Shown: positions 51,128-63,746 of the stretch, in pieces
Layout of the letters: every line of letters begins with the position of its first letter
How positions within the stretch are numbered: position 1 is the first letter of the stretch
Assembly (NCBI GenBank): GCA_963786045.1
Contig: CAWAXR010000029.1
Coordinates: 622-64,621, forward strand
Direction: 5' to 3'
DNA length: 64,000 nucleotides
Source of the DNA: an uncultured Alphaproteobacteria bacterium
GTDB lineage: Bacteria > Pseudomonadota > Alphaproteobacteria > Rhizobiales > Xanthobacteraceae
Made by a program: the position numbers and the translations under genes
Notes under the pieces: model-generated
What the model saw: only the letters and a program-made list of their open reading frames with translations
Told to the model about the DNA's origin: nothing
Database searches by the model: none

Positions 51128-52083
51128 TTAGGCCGCCGTCACCCGGCGCATCAATTTCCGCATTGTCAGGAAAGCGAACGCAAGCAATCCTACGGCAGCA
51201 GCGAGGATATACTTTCCGCGAGGGTCATACATAAGCGGCGCGATATAGGCGGGGTTCGTGACAAGCAGGGCACCGATTGTGAAGATCGGCAATCCACCGA
51301 GCACATAGGCGGAGACCCGCACCTCCGCGGTGGCCGCGATCCCCTTCAGGCGCACGGAGCGGCGGCGCCGTATGATGTCGGAGAGAATCTCGAGCGTGGC
51401 CGCAAGATTGCCTCCGGTCGCGTATTGCAAAGTCACAGCGACCGAGAAAAACCGGAAATCCGGCAGGCCCATCTGCGAGCTGATGGCATCGAGCGCCCGT
51501 TCGAAGGGGACACCGATGTCCACCTGATCGGTGATCATCGCAAATACCGTGTTGACCGGCGGCGGCGACTTCGTCGCCAACGGAACGCACGGCGGTGACG
51601 ATCGGCAGACCGGCCCGCAGCATGCGAATGATCATGTCGATGGCATTGGGAAACAGCTCCATGAACTGATGCTCGGCGCGGTTCTGCTCCCGCTTCAAGA
51701 CCTGTCGTGGAAGGAGGACGAACGCCAGCGCAGCGAGTAGGCCGGCAATCCCTACCGAGTTCCCGAACACGCGATAGCCGAGAGGCCAGGCGACAGCGGC
51801 GGACACCACAGCGATGATCAGCAGCTTGAGCCCGCCGCTTCGCATCCCCCACCGATACGGCACGCCGATGGAAAACAGGCGCCGCGCAGCGTCGTCGATC
51901 CAGGCCGGCTGGCAGGCTGCTGCGGACCTGAGACTGGCTTGTTCGCGCTGACCGGAGGTCGAGCGACCAGATCGACGCGCTGCTCCACCTCCAATCTTGC
52001 CGCCCGGCTCAGCATGAGGGCACCGATCAGAGACCGCCGCTCGCGAGCAAGAACAGGATAACGGCGATCTGGAGCTGGAGCAT
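51128..52083 (-). CDS. tadB: TadB type II secretion F-family membrane protein, frameshifted
   Basis: [40 protein letters not shown]. Confidence 0.83.
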
Positions 52084-52087
52084 GAGA

Positions 52088-53484
52088 TCAGGCCTCGCTG
52101 TTCCCATGCGGACCGAGCGTATCCAGGAACGCATTGGCCAAGCCGAAATATTCGAGCCGCGGCAGAAAGCGCGGCCGCGCGGGCGCGGCTCGAACGTGCC
52201 GCGCAGCGTGCCGTCGGCATTCTCGCCGAGATATTTGAATAGAAACAGGTTTCCGAATGAAATGATCTCTCCTTCGAGCCCGGCCACGTACGCAACCTCG
52301 GTGACCCGGCGCACGCCGTCGCGCATGCGCTCGGTCTGGACGACGAGGTCGATGGCGCTGACGATCTGGCCGCGGATCGCGCGCATCGGCAGGTTGACGT
52401 TCGCCATCAGCATCATGTTCTCGATGCGGGCCAGCGCGTCGCGCGCGGAATTGGCGTGGATCGTCGACATCGAGCCGTTGTGGCCGGTGTTCATCGCCTG
52501 CATCATGTCGAAGGCCTCGGGGCCGCGCACCTCGCCGACGATGATGCGGTCGGGCCGCATGCGCAGCGCAGTTGCGCACCAGATCGCGCTGGGTGATCTG
52601 CGCCGTGCCCTTCGATGTTGGCGGGGCGCGTCTCGAGCTGAATGACGTGCGGCTGCTGCAGTTGCAGCTCGGCCGCGTCCTCGATGGTGATGATGCGCTC
52701 GCTCGGATCGATCATGCGCGACAGCGCGTTGAGCAGCGTCGTCTTGCCGGAGCCGGTGCCGCCCGAGATGATGATGTTCAGCCGGCAGCGCGCGGCGATC
52801 TCGAGCGCCCGGCCGAGCTCGGCGAGACGCGTGCCGAGCTCGACGAATTTCGAGAACTCCATGACGCTGCGCGAGAATTTGCGGATCGAGATGCACGGTC
52901 CCTTCAGGCTGAGCGGCGGAATGATGACGTTGACGCGGCTGCCGTCGGCCAGCCGCGCGTCGAGCATCGGGCTCGACTCGTCGATGCGCCGGCCGACCGA
53001 CGAGGCGATGCGCTGGGCAACGTGCAGCACGTGCGCATCGTTGCGGAACTGGAACTTGGTCAGCTCGAGCTTGCCGCGCCGCTCGACATAGATCATGAAG
53101 CGGCCCGTTGACCAGGATGTCGGCGACCGTGTTGTCGCGCAGCAGCGGCTCGAGCGGTCCGAGCCCGACCATTTCGTCGACGATCTGGCGCGCGAGCACT
53201 TCCTGCTCGCGCTGATTGAGAGGCAGCCTTTGATCGCTCGCGATCTTTGCCACCATCTGCTGGACACGAATTGCCAGTTCGTCACGGGTCAGCAGTACCG
53301 CAACGGCCGGCTCGATCTTCGCCAGCACCTGTTCGTGAATGGAATCGCTGACGGTCATCGAGGCACGACCAAGTTCCGCTTCGGTTCGAAGCGGTACCGG
53401 CGCCCGCGCCGCGATTGTTCGATCGACTGAACCGACTACCTCCGGCTTCCGCTCCTCTCCGCCCTTTTTTCCGAAATCGGACAT
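52088..53484 (-). CDS. cpaF: CpaF/TadA pilus assembly ATPase, frameshifted
   Basis: [66 protein letters not shown]. Confidence 0.9.
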
Positions 53485-53488
53485 GGAT

Positions 53489-54674
53489 TTATCCAAACAG
53501 ACGCTTGAGGAATGAGGGCGCCGAAATATCCGGGTCTCCGGTGAGCTGATTGACCAGCGGATTCAGAGCGGCCTGAAGTCCCGCGCAGCCCTCGATGGCC
53601 TTGATACCGAGAATTGAGGCTTTCCCGACGTCGCGCTGATACGGCACAATGATGTCGGGGGCCTTCCCGACGGCACGACTGAACTCCGCCGGCGGCAGGC
53701 CGCCGACGGCACCGTTCTGGTTCAGGATGTGGATTGTCGTTCGCTCCGGCGTGTTGGGTCCGATTTCCTTTTGCCAGCGAGAAACGTCGCGCGCGCTGAC
53801 CAGGCTTCCGTTGCTGACCAAGACACACAGACTCGGCAGGTGCAGCGCTTTCTTGAGCGTGGGTCCCAGCAGCGCCGGGACGTCGATGAAAACAAACCGG
53901 TACCGGCGCAGAAGAATCTCGATCAGCGAAAGCAGAGCGGCCTCTTCGACAGCCACCTGGCCGTCGAGCGGTTCCAGTGACGCAAGCAGGTCGAGGCGAG
54001 GAGCGACATGGATCACGCCGCGCTCGAGAAACAACTCATCGACCCGTTCCGGGCGCGCGAAGGCTTCGGCCAACGCACCGCTTGGGGACGTGTCGAGCTG
54101 GAGCGCCGCGTCCCCGTTGGCAAGGTCGAGGTCCATCAGCATGACCCAGCGCTTGTGCGCATCCGCCAGCCGCCAGGCCGTGCTGACAGCAATCGTCGTG
54201 GCGCCAACGCCGCCGCGCACACCAAGCACGAAGACCAATCTTCCGGTGCGGGAGTTGGCCCGACTTCTCGACCCCCGTCAGAATGACCTCACACGCATGA
54301 GTAAAGACATTCCTGACGAGTGGCTTGTAAAGATATTCGGAGACACCGGCGTACTTGAGTTGGCGATACAATCTGATGTCATTATCGCGGCCAATGACGA
54401 TCACGCCGGTTCCAGGTTCGCAGACCTGCGCCAGCTCGCCGATGCGCGCTACCGGGTCGTCGACATCGCTGATATCGACGACCAGCAGCCGTGGAGAGGT
54501 TAGCGCGGACATGGCGGCCGTGGCGGTCCTAACGTCACCTGTTGTGAATTTGACATTCGACAGGCCGAGATCGTTGAACGATTGGCGGATGAGGCCCGCG
54601 GAATTCTCATCCGAAACATAGACCAGCGCCGTCGATTCCTTGTCACTTGCAACTGCCGGGGCGACATCACTCAC
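53489..54674 (-). CDS. cpaE: CpaE/TadZ-like protein (receiver-like + MinD/ParA-like), one frameshift
   Basis: LLVVDIS and [16 protein letters not shown]; [10 protein letters not shown]; LMDLDLANG; GTGA overlap with cpaB. Confidence 0.82.
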
Positions 54675-55652
54675 TGCGTAACTCCTTCCGCGCCGACGGA
54701 CGGATTGCCGCTCTTCTGCGGCGCGACGGGGACAACGATGCCTTCTTCCACCGCGGCGGGAGCGCTGAGGATCGCCTCGCGCGGCGGCACGGTGCGGATC
54801 GATTTTTCGATGCTGCTCCCGGTTGTGAAAGGACTTCGCCTTGTTTTGCCGGGATTGTTTGAGGGCCGGCGATACGTCGGAGGCCCAGGTCCCGACGCCT
54901 CTCGCTGACGCCGCCGCCGGAACACCGCCACCTTCCAGGGCTCGAACCGACACTCCGAGCCGGCCGAGCTGGCTGGCGACGAACAGCGTTTCCGCCTGCC
55001 GCGGGCTAACCTCGAGGCTGACTGTCTTGGGAAGCTGCGATTCCAGACTACCGATTCGCCGTTCCGCCGGCGCGGCTCTGGCTGCGGCGCTGAGCGACTG
55101 GTCAACCGCAAGGACGCGCACGTCAACCAGCACCGTCTCGGCCACTTCCTTGCGCGATGGCTCAACGGTATCGCCGAAACTTTGAATCAGGATGACGTCG
55201 ATGCGGTCACCCGGCAGCATCAAGCCGGACAAGCTTTGCGACGCATCCACCGTTATTGAAACAGCCCGGGTCCCCGGCTTCAGGACCGCCGCCAGGAAGC
55301 CCCTTTCGTTGGGTTTGACGAAATCGCTGGCGACCAGGGGTTCGCCCTGGCCGAAATCGCGCCGCGCCACCGCGCCCAGCAATTCGGATTCATGCACCTG
55401 ACCCCGCATCAGGCTTCCGACCGTAACATCGGTTCGCCCGACATCCCGCCAGGCGATATCGTCCGCGCGCAGCAACGCGCCGGTGCGGATCGGCCGCGCA
55501 GCCACCAATATCGCCGGTTGAACAACAGGAGCGGGGGCTTTGGCTTCCGTGACCGCACTACGATCCCTCTGGAAAAACCAGACCGACGAAAGCGCCAATC
55601 CGGCGACCAGCGTGAGGACGCCTAAAGCGAGCAGGAGGTTGCGGACAAGCAT
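54671..55652 (-). CDS. cpaB: CpaB/RcpC Flp pilus assembly protein
   Basis: SAF domain ILVAARPIRTG, LKPGTRAVSI, PGDRIDVIL, VRVLAVDQ; C-terminal frameshift. Confidence 0.87.
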
Positions 55653-56200
55653 TGGATAGCCTCACTGACGATCCGGTAGATGACTCCGGCCAGTACAGCC
55701 AGCGCATACGGCATCGGCTCGCCGGCCGCGATCCGCACCCGCTCGGCAGTAAGCAGATGTCCGAGGTCCCGTAACTTATCGCGAGCATCCCGGGTAGCCG
55801 CCGGACAGAATCGAGGCTCCGGAATTCTTGCCACGATCGCGCGCATGACGAGGTAGGCGACGCCCATCAATCCGCCGGCCACGGCAATGCCCAGTAACAA
55901 GGCTCCGGCGTCGGACAACGGGAAGAGAAGAGATACGGCGGCAATCAGCTTGACGTCGCCGCCGCCGATCCATTGATGGTGAGCAAGAAGGCCCAGCGCG
56001 ACGACAATCGACGCCGCGGCGAGAAGATCGAACAAGATCAGTCCGGGCGCCGACACGAGACGACGACCGACGCCGCACACCGCGATGACGAGCACCAGGC
56101 GATTGGGAACGATCCGGCACCGAAGATCGACCAGCGCGACCGCAAACAGTGCCGCCACGCTGGCAATCAAAAGTATCGCGGACAATATCGCCGCACTCAT
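55622..56200 (-). CDS. cpaA: CpaA/TadV prepilin peptidase (A24)
   Basis: VDLRCRIVPN, IGGGDVKL, MPYALAV. Confidence 0.87.
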   Translation of the reverse strand: MSAAILSAILLIASVAALFAVALVDLRCRIVPNRLVLVIAVCGVGRRLVSAPGLILFDLLAAASIVVALGLLAHHQWIGGGDVKLIAAVSLLFPLSDAGALLLGIAVAGGLMGVAYLVMRAIVARIPEPRFCPAATRDARDKLRDLGHLLTAERVRIAAGEPMPYALAVLAGVIYRIVSEAIQCLSATSCSL

Positions 56201-56229
56201 GAGACTTCCGATGGTTGTGAGCACTCCCA

Positions 56230-56404
56230 GCCAAGCGCGGTTGCAGACTATAGGAAAATTCCGCAGGTTGGTGCCGACGGCTGTGACCGCAACGATGATT
56301 GCGACCGCTATCAGCGACGCGATGAGTCCGTATTCGATGGCGGTGACACCCTTCTCCGAATCAATCGACAAGTATCTGGAAATTTTCCGGGCCAACGTAC
56401 GCAT
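56230..56404 (-). CDS. flp: Flp type IVb pilin (3' end approximate, frameshifted)
   Basis: DSEKG/VTAIEYGLIASLIAVAIIVAVTAVGTNL Flp motif; a frameshift fuses it in silico to cpaA. Confidence 0.85.
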
Positions 56405-56708
56405 GGTACTTCTCCTGGTGAGATGATCCCTTTCCTACATAGGATACCCCCATTGGTTCCATCTTGACCTGCATCAAGAAAAACCTGCAATTTTTGCTGA
56501 TTCCGCTCGCCACGCCCGCTCCCACCGATCCGCGGCGATGGTTGGGCGATGTCTTCCATGATGGGTATCATATCAACGAGGCAGGATAACCTGCCTCGTT
56601 GAACGGCAGGTCGCATTTGAGCGATCGGAACCGCGGGTTCCCGCAATAGGTGAGGCTGACTTACCTGTTTCCCTGCTCGCACAACGCGTTGCAAGCCCTT
56701 AGCCGCTG

Positions 56709-57246
56709 TTACGGCCGCGCCGACGAAACCAGCGAGTTGATCAGCGCGATATTGGCAGTGATGGTGGGATCGCCGGGCTGCCGCGCGTAGGCTTTCATGA
56801 AGTACCTGCGCGCGACGGTGAACTGGCCACGCAGAATATACGAGTAGCCCATGTTATCTGAGGATTTGCGGCGTCTCGCCCGAAAGTCTGATCGCCGTCC
56901 GGTACGCCCGATCGGCGAGATCGAAGCGCCCGATATGGTCATAGCTCCCGGCCAGCCCGATCCAGGCGTCGGCGTTGTTTGGATCCTTTTCGACAACATC
57001 GCGGAAATACCGCTCCGCCAGACCGTAGTTACCACGGCTGAAATGCTGCAGGCCGAAGCGGAACGGCTCGCTGGCTGGAACATAGGCCAGTTCCAGGGAC
57101 TGCGGCACTGTCGAGGTGGTGGCGACATCCTGGACTTCCGCTGCGGCAGGGGCGCCACCGACGGTTTCGCACGCGGCCAGTCCCGTCGCGATCGATGCGG
57201 CCATGAGGCAAAGGACAAGCCGCGAAACATCGAATCCAGGCGTCAT
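56709..57246 (-). CDS. TPR lipoprotein (TadD-like), one frameshift
   Basis: Lipobox LAAC; TPRs GNYGLAERYF, AWIGLAGSYD, NMGYSYILRG. Confidence 0.78.
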
Positions 57247-57326
57247 CCGTTTTTCCCGTTCGCCGGCAACCGGTGCCGTAATCTTGTCCACGTGTAGCCT
57301 CCAGGGCACAGGGCGCCAGCGAATGG

Positions 57327-57751
57327 TCACGGCCCGGTTGTTGTCGTTGTTCCCCCGCCCCGCCCCCGCCTCCCGCACCCGAGGTCGACGGGGCCTGGGA
57401 CTGCACGCCCGTGGTGTTGTAGATCGGCGTAATTGGCGGCGGCGTGAATTGCAGCCTTCCGCGCCGGTAGCGTTCGATCCCGCCGGCCATGCGTTCGCCG
57501 TTCGCCGGGATGCGGCGGTTTCGAACATGACGCGGCCATGGATCGATCATGTGCGTTACCGCGTTGATGTCCCTGGCATTGCCCGCGCTCGCCGTAACGC
57601 CTTCGATCCGCTCCAGATATGGCTCGAAAAATTCGTACCGGAGATCGTCGGCACCAAGGCCGACAAGATCGCCGGCACGGGCCTCAGGGGCCATGATCAA
57701 TGCCGCGAGGGCGATCGATCCAGCGGTCGTCATTCGAGCGAACCTGCGCAT
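57327..57751 (-). CDS. Exported Tad-locus accessory protein; 3' end approximate
   Basis: Signal peptide; YLERIEGVTASAGNA...IDPWPRHVRNRRIPANGERM; located between cpaC and the TPR gene. Confidence 0.6.
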
Positions 57752-57760
57752 GGCGTCACC

Positions 57761-59305
57761 TCATTTCGCATCGACCGGCATGATGTAGCCCGTGGGAAGA
57801 CGATCGCTTCCTCCCGGCGGTCCGACGACGTCGTCGCTCTTCTTCTTGCGCACGTCGGTTTGGCCGAGAAGAAACAGATCGACGTCATTGCTGGGCGCGC
57901 GCGAATCCAGAGGCGATGCGATCTTCTGGCCGGGAACACCGGGCGCCACCAGGTGCGCCGTCACGATCACCACCAGGTCGGTCTCGCTCTGCTGATATGA
58001 CGAGCTGCGGAACAGCGAGCCCAGCACCGGCACCGAACCGAGCCACGGCACTTGCGATATATCTCGCAGACCGTCGCTCTGCAGCAAACCGGCAATGGAG
58101 AAGCTCTGCCCGTCGCGCAACTCGACCGTGGTGCGCGCCTCTCGCAGGGTCAAGGCCGGAATCCGGAATCCGGAAATGACCACGGCATTTGCAAAATCGA
58201 GTTGGCTCACCGAGGGGGTCAGGCGCAGGTTGATAACGCCGTTGGCCAGCACGGTGGGAACGAAGGTGAGTTGAACTCCGAACGGCTTGTATTCCGTTGT
58301 GATCAAAGGAGTAGATCCCGCGGAAGGCTGTACCGACGGTACGGGAATTTGGCCGCCGGCGATGAAGCTCGCGGTGTCGCCGGAGAGCGCGACAAGGTCG
58401 GGCTCCGCCAGCCGGCGTATCAATCCCTTGGTTTCCAGCGCGGAGATCAGGACGTCGATGTTGCCAACGCCACTGTTGAGGACACGGGCAAGCGCAACGC
58501 CGAAAGGCGCCGACGTTGCGGTTCCAGCAAAGGTCCCGAGGCTTTGGAACAAGGGCACGCCGCCAGGACCAGGTCCCGCCTGGGTTATCGGCCCCGGACT
58601 TACGCCTCCCAAGCCAGTGTTGACCCCCCGATTTCCGGCGCTGTTGGAGGCTAACAAATTCACGCCCAGATCGCGTCCCGCGGTGCGGGTCGCTTCGAGA
58701 AAGCGGACCCGCAACATGACCTGCTGCGCCGAAGCGATGCTCATCGCATTGGCGACGGGAAGGTCTTTGCCTGCCATCGACTTGGCCAGCGTCATCGCCT
58801 GGTCGGCGACAAGAGCGTTCTGCACCTGGCCGCTGAGCACGATCTGGCCATTGCTGCTCGAAACCCGGATGCCCCGTGCGCCGGTACTCGACACGATCTT
58901 TTCGCGCAGGCTCTCGGTATCGAGCCTGACATCCACATCGATCACGCTGACAAGTTTCTTGTCCGCGTCAAAAATCGACAGATTGGTCGTACCGACCTTC
59001 TTCCCCTGGATATAGAGCGAATGCTCCGACATCGGCAGCGCCTCGGCAATGTCGGTCGCTCCGACGATTGCCGACGCAAACGGCTTGACGATGCGGATGG
59101 TGCGCGACTTGTTGATGGTCACCACGAGCTGGCGACTGTCCACGCGTTCGTTTTCCCAGACGTGCTCTTGCGCTTGCGCAGGAGGAACTCCCGCCAGAAA
59201 TCCCGGGCCGCTTGCCCATGCAAGCAGCGAAAGGAACGCAGCGACCTGGCGCAGGTCAGTAACGCCCAGCCTTCGCCAGATCTCCGCAAGCACATTCGGC
59301 CACAT
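57761..59305 (-). CDS. cpaC: CpaC/RcpA secretin
   Basis: T2SS-T3SS pilus N-domain, BON-like domain, QQVMLRVRFLE, LAEPDLVALSGDTASFIAGG, VPWLGSVPVLGSLFRS, ETDLVVIVT. Confidence 0.9.
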   Translation of the reverse strand: MWPNVLAEIWRRLGVTDLRQVAAFLSLLAWASGPGFLAGVPPAQAQEHVWENERVDSRQLVVTINKSRTIRIVKPFASAIVGATDIAEALPMSEHSLYIQGKKVGTTNLSIFDADKKLVSVIDVDVRLDTESLREKIVSSTGARGIRVSSSNGQIVLSGQVQNALVADQAMTLAKSMAGKDLPVANAMSIASAQQVMLRVRFLEATRTAGRDLGVNLLASNSAGNRGVNTGLGGVSPGPITQAGPGPGGVPLFQSLGTFAGTATSAPFGVALARVLNSGVGNIDVLISALETKGLIRRLAEPDLVALSGDTASFIAGGQIPVPSVQPSAGSTPLITTEYKPFGVQLTFVPTVLANGVINLRLTPSVSQLDFANAVVISGFRIPALTLREARTTVELRDGQSFSIAGLLQSDGLRDISQVPWLGSVPVLGSLFRSSSYQQSETDLVVIVTAHLVAPGVPGQKIASPLDSRAPSNDVDLFLLGQTDVRKKKSDDVVGPPGGSDRLPTGYIMPVDAK

Positions 59306-60554
59306 CACTTGCGCCCCCCTGCCGCAAGCGCATCGCGGCCTCACGCCGACCTACGTTCGCAAGCATCGCTGTCCATCCCCGATTTCGCGAAGAAGCGGCT
59401 TACCGGCCACACACACGGCCGCGCTGTCATTGCGCCCACAGCGGATGGTCCATCTTTTCATCAACCGGATGCCGCAAACAAGCCGATCCAGTCTCGCCGT
59501 TTTCCAACGATACGACCCCTGAACTATGTTGCCTCTTCGAGAGCAACGGGTTTCTTGTCCTCGACTCTCAGGAGCCATCATCGTCGTCGCTTGCCCGACT
59601 GTCAAACCGGGATACGCCTTCGGCAAGTTACAGGTCAGCCATGCTGACTAAATAAGCACGAGCGGATGAAAAATCCGGCGGCCATAGCAAAACAGCGTAT
59701 TCCCATCGTCGGCATCAAAATCAATATCGGCAACAGTTCCCGCGCCACGAAATGCGCCACGCGCCGGTCAGCAACAGTGTAGCCGATGCGCGTCGATTTT
59801 CGGACGCCGGCCCGCTCAATCGCCGGATCGCCAACCGCCTCGGCAATGCCGCCCAGAAACCTAAACGACTTGATCGGCCTCGGCTTCGCCGTCATCCCCT
59901 CAGGCAAGACCACGCTGTCGCTCGATCCAACCGGGTGGCGAGTGCTTGCGCAAGCATGCACCTGAGTTCATCCCTGTTCTCGGGTGACGAAATTCCTGGG
60001 CACGCGCCGCGACGCCCACGATCGAAACCAGAAACGCAGCATCTGCGGCCGGCGAGGCAACAAAAACTTTCCGCTCAGAAATTTTCTCGAGGACACAAAA
60101 GCAAGGCTCAATTTTGGGCTCAATCTGACCGAGGATGGCAACAATCGCATTTGACGGCTCGATTGGTTGCCAACACTTCGGATCTTTTCGCGAGCCTCGC
60201 TTTATCCGGTGGTGCTGCCAGCTATCCCAACGGCAATAATTCGGCTCAGGAACCATCGACAAGGGAAGCATTACTGACCTTTCCTGGATTTCGACTTTGA
60301 CACGGATCAACGGGAAGTCGCTGCGGCGATATCAACGTGAGTTTCGAAATCGTTCAAACCGCCGTCGAATGCCACAAGGAATGAAGGCAAGATCGGTATC
60401 CAGGCTTTGTCATTGGACAGGACGACGGTGAAATCGATTTCGAAAGTTGGGCGCTGCAAAGACGTTGGTGAGGGCTCCGCCACAACAGGGCTGAGATTTT
60501 GAATACCTGACACTCGTGCACACTTCGGATTGCGGATGCACAGCGGATATCGCG

Positions 60555-63523
60555 ATGACGATGGCCAAGTCGACGGCGCAAGAGAAACCATATCCCGGCA
60601 GCGCCGAGATCGAAGAGTTGGTGCGCGCGGCATTGATCCGACAACTCTACAGCACGCCCCCGTTCGCGCTGCTGAATCCCCTCATCGCGGCGATTGCCGC
60701 GCTGGCGCTGTGGCCTGTCTATCCGAAATGGGTCATCGCGTTCTGGTTCGCGCTGGGGTGCCTGGTCACTGCCGTTCGCTTCGTCGATCGCCGGCGATAC
60801 CTGCGTCGAACTGATCAATTGCACGAAGCCGAAACCTGGGGCCGGCATTTCACGCTTGGTACCATCGCAGCCGGCTGCCTGTGGGGCGTTATGGCCTCGG
60901 CCGTGCTCCTTACGCCGGACACCGAATACCACTTATTCGTGTTCGAATTGCTTGCCGGCCTGGCTGCGACCGCGGTCGGCACAATGGCTGTTCATCTGCC
61001 GGCCATGCTTGGATTCGTGGTCCCGATACTCACGCCACTCCTTGTCGCCACCTTTGCAAGGCCGGGCAACGTCTCGGTCTATCTGGGCTCTGGGGCTGAC
61101 AGCGTTCGCAAGCGTGATCGTCGCGATTGGACGAACCGTCAATCGCCGGGCAGCCGATACGCTGCGGCTTCAGATCGCCGGGCGCTCTCTGGCCGATAAC
61201 CTCGAGACAGCCTCCGCCGATTTGCGGCGGCGCGATGCTATCCTTGGCGCGATGTTGGCCAGCGCGACCAACCTGCTGCGCTCCTTCGATCTCGATCAAT
61301 CCCTGGACGCGGCGCTGAAGCTCGCCGGCGAATCCACCAATGCCAGCCGGGTCCGCATCCTCCAGAACTGGCGAGCTCCCGACGGAAGACTCTTCGCCTC
61401 AGCGCGCTACGAGTGGAGCGCTCCCGGAATCACGCCAGGGTTGGGCAACCCGCCGCATCCTGACGTTCCTGACATTGATTTCAGGGCGATGGGTCTGGAC
61501 GACTGGGAGCGCACGATGGGCAAGGGAGAGGCCAGGACGGCTATCACCCGGCTGCTTGAACGCCCGGCCCGGGAACTTCTCGAACAATACGGAATAAAGT
61601 CGGTCCTCGCGGTGCCGGTGTTCGCCCAGGGCAGTTGGTGGGGCGAAATTAGCCTTGATGATTGCGACACCGAACGGAGCTGGTCCCCGGTTGAAATCGA
61701 CACGCTGAAAACGATCGCGGAACTTGTCGGCGCCGCAATCGGCCACGGGCGGGACCTCGGCGAGCTCGAGACAGCGGCGCGCATCATTGAGAACAGTTCC
61801 ACCATACTCTTCCGGATGCGGCCCGCGCCGCCCTACCAGCTCACCTACGTATCGCGAAATACGGATCGCTACGGCTATGCGAGGGAGCAGTTTCTATCGC
61901 AACCCGCCTTCTACATGGACATCATTCATCCCGAGGACCGCGCGAACGTAGCAGAGCGATGTAATGCGCCTCGCCCAAATGCAAGGCGGCGCCGCAATCG
62001 CCAGGGAGTATCGAATCCGAAAAGCGGACGGCACCTACGTCTGGTTCGAAGGCCGCTTCCGCGGCATCTACGACAAGAGCCTCCGGCTGACGGAAATCGA
62101 AGGCATCCTGATTGATATCAGCGAGCGCAAGACAAGCGAGGCGACGATCACGCGATTCGAGATGACCGATCAACTCACGGGGCTCGCGAGCCGGAAGGGC
62201 TTCATGGAGCAGCTCACGCACACGTTCGTCGCGGCGAGGCGCGGGGCGACCGGGTTTGCGATCCTCTATCTCGACCTCGATCGCTTCAAGGACATAAACG
62301 ACGTGCTTGGCCATACCAAGGGCGACGAATTGCTCATCGTCGTCGCGAACCGCCTCCGGGAGGTTCAACGGGCTACCGATGACGTCGCGCGCTTTGGCGG
62401 CGACGAGTTCGCGGTGCTCCAGAGGGACGCGCCCGATCCGTCCAATGCCGGCGCGCTGGCAAGCAGAATCCTGACGGCGCTGTCCGCGCCTTACGATATC
62501 GGGACCGAGGTCCACATCACCGCCAGTATCGGCATCGCGGTCTACGATGCTGACGTCGCGGGACCGGAGGAACTGATGAAGCGGGCCGATCTCGCGCTCT
62601 ATCGCGCGAAGGACGCGGGTCGAAATCAGTATCATTTCCATTCCGAAGCGCTCGATATCGAGGTGCGCGAGCGCGTGATCCTCGGCGAGGAACTGCGCAC
62701 GGCTCTGGGACGCAATGAGCTGGAAGTGTATTACCAGCCACAGGTCGCGGTACCGTCGGGAAAGATCAATGGAATCGAGGCACTCGTGCGCTGGAACCAC
62801 CCCTCGCGCGGGGTGCTGCTGCCCGGCAGCTTCATTCCCATCGCGGAGAAGGCCGGGACGATCATCCGGCTTGGTCTCTGGGTCTTCGACGACGTCTGTC
62901 GACAGATTGCGCTGTGGCGCGCGGAGCTTCCGACGCTGCCGGTGGTCTCGATCAATTTGTCCGCCGCCCAGCTGGCGCCCGCGCTCGAATTCGATCGTGC
63001 GTTGGCCGCGATTTTCCGCAAGCACGGCATCGACGGCACCGCAATCGAGCTTGAGCTAACCGAATCCGTGCTAATGCAGACGACGCGCGAAAACGGTCAA
63101 ATGATCGAGCGGCTGCGTGCGCTCGGTGCATCGATCGCTATCGACGACTTCGGGACCGGCTACTCCTCGCTGGAATACCTGGGCACCTTTCGGGCCAGCC
63201 ATATCAAGATCGCACAGGAGTTTGTCCGCGATATCGGTTCCGATGCGGGGCATGTCGCGATCGTGCGCGCCACCATCGGTCTCGCGCGCGAGCTGGGAAT
63301 CAAGGTCATTGCCGAAGGCGTCGAAACGGCGCAGCAGCTGGATTTTCTGATCAAGGCTGGATGCGAAAACATTCAGGGTTTCTATTTTAGCCGTCCAGTT
63401 CCCGCCTCGGAAGCCGGCCGAATGTTGCGCGCAGGCCGACTGGACCCGGCTCAACCGGACCGCGGCCAGCCGCCGTCGAGCATTGTGGCTGGCACGGATG
63501 CGCACTCGAGTGATGCGGTTTGA
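60555..63523 (+). CDS. Multi-TM sensor-GAF-PAS-GGDEF-EAL protein (two frameshifts, near 61085 and 61960)
   Basis: About 5-6 TM N-terminus; GAF (SWWGEISLDDCDTERSW); PAS; RATDDVARFGGDEF; IEALVRW; DDFGTGYSSL. Confidence 0.85.
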
Positions 63524-63746
63524 AGTTGCCCGGAAGGCCTGGCATGAGCGCGCATATCGCTCCACGATCATTCTCAAATTGGCAACGCTGCAAATCGTTG
63601 CATCCCGTCTCGCTACTGGGTCGATCCTGCCGACGGGGATTGCCGCTCGCGCCTCGTTCCGGAGCAGTTTGTACCTAGATCTTGATCAAGGCCGCGTTCG
63701 CCAAGTTCGTTCGCCACATACAAACCGGCATAGACCTCGAACTCGA

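Noticed and set aside
54036-55652. Apparent CpaB-CpaE fusion ORF
   Set aside because: An alternative frame gives a normal cpaB stop at 54671 overlapping a cpaE GTG start, so it is a frameshift artefact.
55622-56404. Apparent Flp pilin-prepilin peptidase fusion in the ORF track
   Set aside because: cpaA has its own ATG at 56200 and the linker reads as out-of-frame pilin tail. A frameshift in an indel-rich region explains it.
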